Of a stretch of DNA of 34,734 nt, positions 17,501-24,352 are shown in pieces. A program made the position numbers and the translations under genes. Within the stretch, counting starts at the first letter, position 1; the number at the start of each line of letters is the position of its first letter. This DNA is from a virus (Duplodnaviria > Heunggongvirae > Uroviricota > Caudoviricetes): IMG/VR virus record IMGVR_UViG_2531839454_000020; one strand, written 5' to 3'. The notes under the pieces were generated by a model. The model worked only from the letters and a program-made list of their open reading frames with translations. It ran no database searches and was not told the DNA's origin.

Positions 17501-17949
17501 GATCTGCGGAGGCATCGCCAGCGGCTGGTCATCCTCAAGCGGTGTTTGAATTTCATCATGATGGTACTTTCTATTCTCCTGGTAATGGTAACTTTAACGA
17601 TGTTTATATTCGTTCCGATGGTCGTCTGAAAATTAATGTTGAAGATTACGAAGAAAATGCGGTGGATAAGGTAAATAAACTCAAAGTTAAAACCTACGAT
17701 AAAGTTAAATCTCTTAATGACCGAGAAGTTATAGGTCATGAGATTGGTATTATCGCACAGGATTTACAAGAGGTATTACCGGAAGCTGTTAAAACCGCAA
17801 AAATTGGTGGTCTTGATAACCCAGAAGAAATTTTAACAATTTCAAACTCCGCAGTGAACGCGCTTTTAATTAAAGCGGTCCAAGAAATGAGCGAAGAAAA
17901 TAAACTTCTTCGTGAACGTCTTGCTGCAATTGAAGCTAAATTAGGGTAA
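14539..17949 (+). CDS. L-shaped-type tail fibre with C-terminal intramolecular chaperone (peptidase S74-like), 1136 aa
   Basis: N-terminal FKRTNVSGKKPTPEQLQVGEVAINLKD; four KVD-x-IK-xx-TD-x-TI-xx-NH repeats; C-terminal ~110 aa beginning S|DGRLKINVEDYE and ending in a coiled coil, as in auto-cleaving chaperone domains of T5-type fibres and endosialidases (recalled). Confidence 0.75.
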   Translation: MQSIQFKRTNVSGKKPTPEQLQVGEVAINLKDHVIFTKDRDHEVVQISVSPETHAALESKVDANKKELDSTIVVNDRNIHAKVDEIKQTTDATIAANHAEINNKVDVIKRETDATIEANKNKAASDLAGVKAELSDTINANKNAAAVATQELDTRINKKVDDIKSRTDATIVSNHKAINDKVDLIKAETDRTIAANHAYAENQLTDTYNNLTGVIAANKQEAADNVAALTRDVEAKNTAIHSKVDNNKSYTDSELARLESRIDAADGSSDGKYIKKHVNTCTDGYLLSKTANPFDDPSALNLDYFGAFRMNDLAGHIAMILHVPHPSGVNHARGFEFTYGSNPHATVRTYGYDELGHLAYSHRMYHEGDKPTPAEIGAYSKAEIDRLFQKTLNFGIEGGWFKLGTLTMPQQHGRTAKIRLVGGNGYNVGHNGKANIIELVIRCGNNSPKGVVFNAYYTIWHYEQHFCAIPTDGDNYDLYAYYGAHTGFVLAEYQVSSGGVSLNLLDTPEYLGGEKPVADEIFDALNISSFNNFSNRGTLNFAGNHQGQYDIEHLNEQPTNAKKMLRRFRSCAPATIWHETVDDNAYRLATGYEDTNQELLLTATSGLHVKKLTLDGGVTGNSGIDIRRGPNESSHFNFMDYRTGQDVRNGWFGFGDGTTKDFIWWNDNGQNSINLIEDGELHITGGKGQKIVMNSEVALSENARLAVKGGNYGLIFRNDGVGFHILTTDLGDSFGPWNTRRPFSYNFADGGLYLGGTETARCLHLGIDGSTRLEDNLFFKAGSRQSMDYMELVHWGASNTGRNNVLSLRDSKGFFAEFERLGDNTIKNTFFGKLKVNRGSDAIVMNAETGDSSIYLLGTCADNNNWYIGKGGADNGLAFYSYATNAAINITNAGDIALSPKGVEMTHVNNVRFYVHGERWTASQSGGWGDQWGLEAPIFVDHGYVGPDSYYPIIKGRSLITNQGYTTAVDFGMRRVPQNWGQAIIRVGSAEASPAAGHPQAVFEFHHDGTFYSPGNGNFNDVYIRSDGRLKINVEDYEENAVDKVNKLKVKTYDKVKSLNDREVIGHEIGIIAQDLQEVLPEAVKTAKIGGLDNPEEILTISNSAVNALLIKAVQEMSEENKLLRERLAAIEAKLG
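17617..17946 (+). other. predicted auto-cleaved intramolecular chaperone domain of the fibre
   Basis: Begins at the Asp of ...YIRS|DGRLK...; 110 aa to the stop. Confidence 0.55.
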
Positions 17950-17987
17950 TTGGAAAGCGGGGAGAAATCTCCGCTAAGGATTCTTAT

Positions 17988-18284
17988 ATGGGATATTGGG
18001 TAAGTAGTGAAATTAATACTAAAATCGATGCTTTAAAATGGCATGTATTTGATATTCCTAACGGCTATGGTACTGCTCGTGCTGGTGTCGCTGTAATGCG
18101 TCATAATGCTGGTGGTGGGTGGTCTGATGCACATATTAACGTAGATGGTTTGACCGTTGCTCGTCGTCGTGGTGGGACCAATTGGGGATCTACTATAAAT
18201 TCGTTTGTTCCTGCTGGCTGCACCGTCTCCTTTGGTTTAGGGGGTGAAGGTGGTGTTGAATATTTTAAATTCATGGAGTTTTAA
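17988..18284 (+). CDS. small Gly-rich protein, paralog 1 of 3 (98 aa), function unknown
   Basis: MGYWVSS...FDIPNGYG...CTVSFGLGGEGGVEYFKF; AAGGA SD. Confidence 0.6.
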   Translation: MGYWVSSEINTKIDALKWHVFDIPNGYGTARAGVAVMRHNAGGGWSDAHINVDGLTVARRRGGTNWGSTINSFVPAGCTVSFGLGGEGGVEYFKFMEF

Positions 18285-18286
18285 TT

Positions 18287-18592
18287 ATGGCTGGATGGAT
18301 AAATCAAAGAATGTCAAACGCTATTAGTATTTGGGCTAATGGTGGATATTTTGATATCCCCAACGGCTGGGTTACTGATTCATGCGGAATTGTTTTTGCT
18401 CATATGGAAGCCATTAACGGTGCTGGTGATCTTGATTCTGAATTGGCTGTAAATGGATTGATTGAATCAGGTCATCATGCTGGTGATGCTGGGAGTTGGG
18501 GCGCTAGTTCTTTAGTTGGCGCTGGTGCTACCGTTAGCTTTACATTGGGTAAAGGTAGTTTGCATTATTTTAAATTCAGGAGAATGCACTAA
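18287..18592 (+). CDS. small Gly-rich protein, paralog 2 of 3 (101 aa), function unknown
   Basis: MAGWINQ...FDIPNGWV...ATVSFTLGKGSLHYFKF; starts 3 nt after paralog 1; SD GGAG. Confidence 0.6.
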   Translation: MAGWINQRMSNAISIWANGGYFDIPNGWVTDSCGIVFAHMEAINGAGDLDSELAVNGLIESGHHAGDAGSWGASSLVGAGATVSFTLGKGSLHYFKFRRMH

Positions 18593-18894
18593 TGGCATTT
18601 TGGGTAGATGGCGCTTTGGGGAATAGGGCGGGTAAAGCAAATCAAGGATGGTTTGATATTCCTAACGGTTGGACAGCCGACGCTTTCGGGACTATTTCAT
18701 TCTGTGCTCATTCTTCCGGTGGTGGCGGTGGTGACTCTGAATTGCTTATTCATGGTTTGTGTGTTTCTGGAAGCCATAAGGGTCATGATTGGGGACAGAT
18801 TCATTCTTGTATTGCACCGCAAGGGGCGGTAATTACCGTTAGCACAAATAGGGGGATCGCTCATCTTCGTTATAGACGTTTGAGCAACCGCTAA
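18592..18894 (+). CDS. small Gly-rich protein, paralog 3 of 3 (100 aa), function unknown
   Basis: MAFWVDG...FDIPNGWT...AVITVSTNRGIAHLRY; start overlaps the stop of paralog 2 (TAATG). Confidence 0.6.
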   Translation: MAFWVDGALGNRAGKANQGWFDIPNGWTADAFGTISFCAHSSGGGGGDSELLIHGLCVSGSHKGHDWGQIHSCIAPQGAVITVSTNRGIAHLRYRRLSNR

Positions 18895-18948
18895 ATAAAT
18901 AGAATTACGGGTATGTGCCCTATTGTTTAAAATAGAAGGAAAAGAATA

Positions 18949-19419
18949 ATGACTACTAAATTTGATATTTTTTCTGGTGGCCTCGTTGGTCTGTTTCTGC
19001 ATGAAGAAGTAACTAACACCGATCTTGACAGTGAAAGCTATCTGGAAATTCCAGAATGTGCGGCTTTCCCGGAAACTGGTGTAGAACGTTCTACTGTCGA
19101 TGTTCCTAACTTCGGTGGTCCGTATAACCGTAAGCTGGTTGGTCGTATGTCTGTACCGGATATCGAACTTTCGATCAACTACATGCCGGGTAACGAAGTA
19201 CACGAAAAACTGATTAAAGCAACCGAAGACGGTAAGCGCGTACAGATTAAAATTGCTTACTACATCGACGCTACGAAAAAATCTGGTGTACATATCGCTT
19301 ATAACGGCTTCCTGTCTAAAACTACCATGACTGGTGGTGAGGATGCTGTAGTAGGCCGTACCTTCACCTTTGTAGTAGATGGTGCTCCGGTTAAACAAGC
19401 TGTTTTCCAGAAACTCTAA
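18949..19419 (+). CDS. major tail (tube) protein, putative (156 aa)
   Basis: Directly upstream of the G/T chaperone pair and tape measure; strong SD GAAGGAAAAG; followed by a strong terminator. Confidence 0.5.
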   Translation: MTTKFDIFSGGLVGLFLHEEVTNTDLDSESYLEIPECAAFPETGVERSTVDVPNFGGPYNRKLVGRMSVPDIELSINYMPGNEVHEKLIKATEDGKRVQIKIAYYIDATKKSGVHIAYNGFLSKTTMTGGEDAVVGRTFTFVVDGAPVKQAVFQKL

Positions 19420-19427
19420 TATTATCT

Positions 19428-19452
19428 AGCCATCCTTCGGGGTGGCTTTTTT
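19428..19452 (+). terminator. intrinsic terminator after the major tail gene
   Basis: agccatcc-ttcg-gggtggct followed by tttttt. Confidence 0.65.
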
Positions 19453-19501
19453 GTTTCCAATTCTAAATAAACATATCTAATTAACTTAAGAGGAAACAAG
19501 A

Positions 19502-19810
19502 ATGAATATTAATGAAATGCTGAAAGCTCTTTCTCCGAAACGCGAATCTCTGACCATCGGTGGATTCACTTTCTATGCTCGCCCTATGTCAGTAAAAGAA
19601 TTTAACGAACATGTTTTCAATACCGATAAAGATGACCGTGATGAACGTTCTATTCTTCGTTGTATTGAAGATGAAGACGGTAAACCAGTATTTGAATCTA
19701 TGGAACAAGTTAAGGCACTGTATACTAACGTCCGCAGTGAATTAATCGGTTTGGTTGCTCAAGCGTCATTGATGCAAGATCCGGCAGTAATTGAAAACGA
19801 GGTAAAGTAA
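19502..19810 (+). CDS. tail assembly chaperone (lambda G-like), 102 aa
   Basis: Position before the tape measure; SD AAGAGGAAA. Confidence 0.55.
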   Translation: MNINEMLKALSPKRESLTIGGFTFYARPMSVKEFNEHVFNTDKDDRDERSILRCIEDEDGKPVFESMEQVKALYTNVRSELIGLVAQASLMQDPAVIENEVK

Positions 19811-19839
19811 ACCCGCTTCTGAATTTCTATTTCCGGCAA

Positions 19840-20181
19840 ATGATGCGATCGGGGCTTAGTAAAGATGAAATGGATAATATGCCAATCACTCTATTTTGGA
19901 AATTATACATTTTCGACACCTACTTAGAACCACAAAGCCCCGCGTTTCATGATATGCAGAATGCGATGTTGCAATATTCCATGTATATGACGTCGCAAGG
20001 AATGACACGCGAAACTGCAAAGAAACTCAAGCCTAGCCAATTCCAATTAATTAGAGAAGAAAAACTCTTTAAAACTAAAGAAGAACTGGAAGAAATTGCA
20101 CGCAAGAAAGAAGAAGAACGTAAAGCGGCAATGCTGAACATGTTTGATCCATCTTTGCTTGAGAAACTCAGAAGCGGTTAA
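19840..20181 (+). CDS. tail assembly chaperone T-like ORF, probably expressed as a G-T fusion by -1 frameshift
   Basis: ORF is in the -1 frame relative to G and opens at 19795, before the G stop (19808); no SD before its first ATG; A-AAG shifty site directly before the G stop. Confidence 0.45.
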   Translation: MMRSGLSKDEMDNMPITLFWKLYIFDTYLEPQSPAFHDMQNAMLQYSMYMTSQGMTRETAKKLKPSQFQLIREEKLFKTKEELEEIARKKEEERKAAMLNMFDPSLLEKLRSG

Positions 20182-20192
20182 AGGGGTAATTT

Positions 20193-22622
20193 ATGACAAA
20201 ACATATAGTAACAATAGAAGGGGATAATAAAGGGCTAAAGAGAAGTACCAATGAAGCCGCCGACCTTCTCGATAGTTTGTCTGAAAAGGCAAGTAATATT
20301 GATTTTGGTGGTGGCTTATCTGGTCTGACTGGATCTCTTCGTGGGATCGCTGGCTCTGCTGGTTTGGCTGCTGGTGGTATTGGCTTAGTTGCGACCGCAG
20401 TGGTTGCAGCCGCTAAAGCTGGTGCGGAATACGTTAAACAGTATTCAGAAGTATCTAAGGCGACCGGACTCTCGATTGAATCCCTTCAAAGACTAGAAAA
20501 GGAATTTTCTGGCACTGGCTTAACAGTTGAAAAATTCGGTGATATCAACAAAGACACCTTAGATAAAATGGGTGATGCATGGGCTAACGGTGGCGGTATT
20601 GCCGATGACTTAGAATCGGTTGGCCTTAAGTTAGAAAACTATGCTCACTTCATGACTGATCCGCAAGGTGGTATGAAAGCGGCGATCCAAGTGTTCTATG
20701 ACATGAAGAAAGCCGGAAAATCAATGGCTGAAATCAAGTTCATGATGGAATCTTTAGCCAGTGATTCAAGCCATATGACCAGCCAGCTTGAGAAATATAA
20801 TACTGCTCAAGAGGCGATGATCGCTATTCAGAATCAATCTGTTAACGTCACCGAAGAAAACGCTAAAAAATATGATAAATTTTCTCAAAATATCAATAAG
20901 CTGGAAAATAACCTGAAAGGTGTCGGTATGACCATTTCTGGTCCGCTGGTTGATAGTTTAAACTGGTTATTTGACTGGTTTAATATTGATTGGGAAAAGA
21001 GTTCTCTATTCAGGGCATTAGATCGACTGAATAAAGAAGGCAAGACCGCAACTGGCGGTATTCTTAACGCCAACCATAAAGACGCTCAAAAAATTATTGA
21101 CAAGTACAATAAAGAAAAGCGTTGGAATAATCTGGCAGATTGGGAAAAGGCCGCGATCCGTGGTGCTGGTGTCGATCCTCGTACTGCTGGCTTTGATGTT
21201 GAAGGATTTAAGAAACGTTTTGGTGATTCTTATAAGAAAAATGGCTCTCTGATTGTTGTCGATAACGGGGAACATCTGACACGCAAGGCAGATCCTAACA
21301 CTGATTTGACTATACCAAATAAACCAGTAAGACCAGAATCATTGGGTAAATCTGGCAACGAGAAGAAAGCCGAAGAAGAAGCACGCAAGAAAGCGGAAGA
21401 GGCAGCTAAAAAGGCTAAGGAAGCCGCAGAAAAAGCACAGAAAGAACGCGAGGACGCAATCAAGCGACTGAATGCACTTGATGTTAAATTGCAAGGGCAG
21501 GTTGCCGCGTCTATTGCTTCTCAAAACAAGCAGTTAGAAGCCAGTTTGAAAGATTTGGATACTGCTTTAGCTCTGGGCTTAATCTCTCAGGAAGACGCAG
21601 CCGCGAAACGCCAGGCGCTAATCGATCAGAATACTGAAAACGTATACAAAATGGTCTTAGGTGCTGATCCGGTTGATGCTCTGAATGCTTTAACACAATT
21701 GCAACAAATCAGGGACAACGAGTTAGAAAGCCATAAACGGTTACTTGATGGTAAGGCTATCTCCTACGAAGAATATATGCGTCGTGTGAATGATACCGAA
21801 CAAAGTTATTCACAGATTGAAGATTCTTTGCATGGAATGGATGGTTTTAAAACCAATCAATTGACCAATAGCTTAGACTATCAGGACTCAAATAATCCGT
21901 TTGCTAAATTTAATGCAATCGATAAAGAGAAATCGGATGCTGAACAAGATTATAAGACCGATAAACTCAAGATTGATGGGATCACCGATCCGGCTAAACG
22001 GATGGAAGAATTAGAAAAACTCAATGAAAACCATCAAAAACGAATGGCTGCAATTGAGAAGAAATATGCTGATGCTCGCCAGTCAATAGCCGATGATATG
22101 TACGGCGGTTTTGCTGCTGCAATGACTCTCTTCGGGCAGGAAAACACTAAAGCTATGCAGATGGCTTTCAATGCTCATAAAGCATTCTCTATCGGACAAG
22201 CGACGGTGAACATGTGGACGGCTGCTACCGATGCATGGAACGATCCGACCAACGTCACCACAGGTCAAAAAATCGCGGCTGCTGCATTGGCTGTTTCTCA
22301 GAACATGGGGAACATCGCAAACATCAAGTCTACTAACGTTAGCGGTATGGCTCATGATGGTATTGATAACATCCCTCGTGAGGGTACATGGTTGCTTGAT
22401 AAGGGTGAACGAGTAGTTGATCAGCGTACTAACGGTGATTTGAAAGACTTCCTTGCTGCTCAAAAATCAGGTGGGGGTAACTCTCAGCCGATTGAAGTTA
22501 ATGCGCCTTTGAACATTAACGGCAACGTTAATAGCTCAGACAAGATGGTCATGGATGCTATCAAACGTCACGCTAAGTTTGTTGCTCAGGCGATAGAAGA
22601 CGTTCAGCGTCGTAAGATGTAA
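20193..22622 (+). CDS. tape measure protein (809 aa)
   Basis: Long protein after the chaperone pair; Gly/Ala-rich N-terminal segment and K/E/A coiled-coil stretches (EEEARKKAEEAAKKAKEAAEKAQKE). Confidence 0.75.
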   Translation: MTKHIVTIEGDNKGLKRSTNEAADLLDSLSEKASNIDFGGGLSGLTGSLRGIAGSAGLAAGGIGLVATAVVAAAKAGAEYVKQYSEVSKATGLSIESLQRLEKEFSGTGLTVEKFGDINKDTLDKMGDAWANGGGIADDLESVGLKLENYAHFMTDPQGGMKAAIQVFYDMKKAGKSMAEIKFMMESLASDSSHMTSQLEKYNTAQEAMIAIQNQSVNVTEENAKKYDKFSQNINKLENNLKGVGMTISGPLVDSLNWLFDWFNIDWEKSSLFRALDRLNKEGKTATGGILNANHKDAQKIIDKYNKEKRWNNLADWEKAAIRGAGVDPRTAGFDVEGFKKRFGDSYKKNGSLIVVDNGEHLTRKADPNTDLTIPNKPVRPESLGKSGNEKKAEEEARKKAEEAAKKAKEAAEKAQKEREDAIKRLNALDVKLQGQVAASIASQNKQLEASLKDLDTALALGLISQEDAAAKRQALIDQNTENVYKMVLGADPVDALNALTQLQQIRDNELESHKRLLDGKAISYEEYMRRVNDTEQSYSQIEDSLHGMDGFKTNQLTNSLDYQDSNNPFAKFNAIDKEKSDAEQDYKTDKLKIDGITDPAKRMEELEKLNENHQKRMAAIEKKYADARQSIADDMYGGFAAAMTLFGQENTKAMQMAFNAHKAFSIGQATVNMWTAATDAWNDPTNVTTGQKIAAAALAVSQNMGNIANIKSTNVSGMAHDGIDNIPREGTWLLDKGERVVDQRTNGDLKDFLAAQKSGGGNSQPIEVNAPLNINGNVNSSDKMVMDAIKRHAKFVAQAIEDVQRRKM

Positions 22623-22627
22623 TTAAA

Positions 22628-22671
22628 AGCCCCCATAGTGATAAATAATCATAAAACTATGGGGGCTTTTC
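22628..22671 (+). promoter_or_regulatory. long hairpin whose 3' arm contains the SD of the next gene
   Basis: agcccccatagt ... actatgggggct, 12-bp stem and 17-nt loop containing ATAAATA; the GGGGG of the 3' arm lies 9 nt upstream of the ATG at 22673. Confidence 0.5.
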
Positions 22672-22672
22672 T

Positions 22673-23233
22673 ATGTTCAAATCCAAGAATATTAAAATCA
22701 CAGATTTTACTCTTAAATCAAAACAGCCTTTCTTCAAGGCGCAATCTATTTCTGGTAAGTTCCAGCGTCGCTTTACTGGTATTCATTTTTATGAAGCAGA
22801 ATTTACAGCTAATTTCATGGCTCAGGATATTAACGAAGTAAAAGAATTTGTAGCACGTCACCTTTTTGGTCGTCCTTTTAGTGTGCCACTGTCTTACTTT
22901 TCAAAATATACAGGCGATGTACGCCAGATGGTAACGGCTGCTGCTGGTACTGCTCGCGGTGGGCGTAAGGTAAGACTCTCCAACTTCACCGGAACACTGA
23001 AAGCGGGAACTATCATCCAGTTTGAGAACCACAAGAAAATCTACACGATCACCGAAGATGTGAAATCAGGTGGTGAAATGAAACTCTTCCCTAACTTGCG
23101 TCAAAACGTCCTGGCTGGTGAGGTGATCAAGTATCAGAACGTAGAAGGTGAATTTGTTCTCAAAACTGAAAATATCGATTGGAAGATCGCCCAGATTGGC
23201 AAGATGAAATTCGAATTAGTGGAGAATGTATAA
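22673..23233 (+). CDS. minor tail protein (lambda M-like by position), 186 aa
   Basis: First ORF after the tape measure; stop overlaps next start (TAATG). Confidence 0.45.
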   Translation: MFKSKNIKITDFTLKSKQPFFKAQSISGKFQRRFTGIHFYEAEFTANFMAQDINEVKEFVARHLFGRPFSVPLSYFSKYTGDVRQMVTAAAGTARGGRKVRLSNFTGTLKAGTIIQFENHKKIYTITEDVKSGGEMKLFPNLRQNVLAGEVIKYQNVEGEFVLKTENIDWKIAQIGKMKFELVENV

Positions 23234-23886
23234 TGGCAACTATTCAGGAATCATTCAGCAAACTATGCACTAATCTGGACTTCATCGAGGTCTACAACGA
23301 CCAGACAGGTCAGAACGTGTCTAGATTGACGCTACCGCAGCTTTTTTCCACTGGATCGATGTTTCACATTATCGAAGTGATAACAGCGTCAGGGGACGTT
23401 CTACGGCTTACAGATGGGTATTTCGATTTGGACTATAACGGATTTACGTATCTCGCAACGGGTGATTTTCTTCAAATCTCATCGAATACCGAAGAGAAGG
23501 AGATCAACAACAACGGGATTAACGTAACCGTTTCTAACGTTCGCGAAGAATACATTACTCTCATTCGAAACAAGCAATTCGATAAATCCGATGTGAAAAT
23601 CGAGATGGTTTTCCTTAACCCCAACACGGGCAAGGTTGAAACCACTTACCCTGTTTTCCGTGGGGTAGTCGATTCCATCGGTATTAACATCGAACATGAA
23701 GATGATGAGTGTAAAAACGAATCAGAATTTCAGCTTAATAGTATCTGGGAAGTTCTAGATAAAAACGCTCGTAGTCATGCCTCCGATGGTATCCACCGTT
23801 CCTATGTTGGAAACGAGAACGATCTATTCTTCTCAAGGACCGGGCGCTGGCAATCGGAAAGCAAGTGGCATTCATCGAAGAAATAA
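23233..23886 (+). CDS. minor tail protein (lambda L-like by position), 217 aa
   Basis: Start at MATIQESF with GGAGAA SD; the longer track ORF (from 23179) overlaps the previous gene without an SD. Confidence 0.45.
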   Translation: MATIQESFSKLCTNLDFIEVYNDQTGQNVSRLTLPQLFSTGSMFHIIEVITASGDVLRLTDGYFDLDYNGFTYLATGDFLQISSNTEEKEINNNGINVTVSNVREEYITLIRNKQFDKSDVKIEMVFLNPNTGKVETTYPVFRGVVDSIGINIEHEDDECKNESEFQLNSIWEVLDKNARSHASDGIHRSYVGNENDLFFSRTGRWQSESKWHSSKK

Positions 23887-23932
23887 TCCCTTCTCCCTAA
23901 GCCTAGTAAATAACAGCATGGAGGTATTCAAC

Positions 23933-24352
23933 ATGCTAAAAACTAGGCTTATCACCGATTACATCAATTCTTTAATAGGTCAGGAGTTCGTTCAAGGCGA
24001 GAATGATTGCAATATAATTGCATGTAAGATCATCGATATTCTCGCTGGTACTGACCTATATAATTCTCTTTATAAAAAATATTCAACTAAAGAAGAAGGC
24101 TTGAAAATCTGCAAAGAATTAAGCGGATACACAAATATCCTTCAACCAATTAAGAAACATTTCAAATTAGTCACTGATGATTTACAGGACGGCGACTTAC
24201 TGGTCACAGCCCACAAATTAGGAAACCGCAAATATTATTCCGTAGTTCCTCATTATTCCGGTTATGGCCTCGTTGAAGAAGATGGTATCTGGATGACCAT
24301 TCCTGTTTCAGACATTGACTATGAACAAGTTTATAGATTCGGGGGGGAATAA
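23933..24352 (+). CDS. tail assembly protein (lambda K-like, NlpC/P60-type), 139 aa
   Basis: Start at MLKTRL with GGAGGT SD; ENDC motif suggests an NlpC/P60-type catalytic Cys; stop overlaps the next start. Confidence 0.45.
   Translation: MLKTRLITDYINSLIGQEFVQGENDCNIIACKIIDILAGTDLYNSLYKKYSTKEEGLKICKELSGYTNILQPIKKHFKLVTDDLQDGDLLVTAHKLGNRKYYSVVPHYSGYGLVEEDGIWMTIPVSDIDYEQVYRFGGE

Noticed and set aside
18697-19398. 233-aa minus-strand ORF spanning paralog 3 and the major tail gene
   Set aside because: Overlaps two + genes with strong SDs, has R/S/T/F-rich composition and no SD; most likely chance antisense frame.
22638-22841. 67-aa + ORF beginning inside the hairpin after the tape measure gene
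   Set aside because: Starts within the stem-loop, out of frame with and wholly overlapped by the better-supported 22673..23233 gene.
23179-23932. Longer 5' extensions of the L-like and K-like ORFs as listed in the track
   Set aside because: The extensions overlap upstream genes and lack SDs; internal ATGs at 23233 and 23933 have strong SDs and give coupled stop-start junctions.
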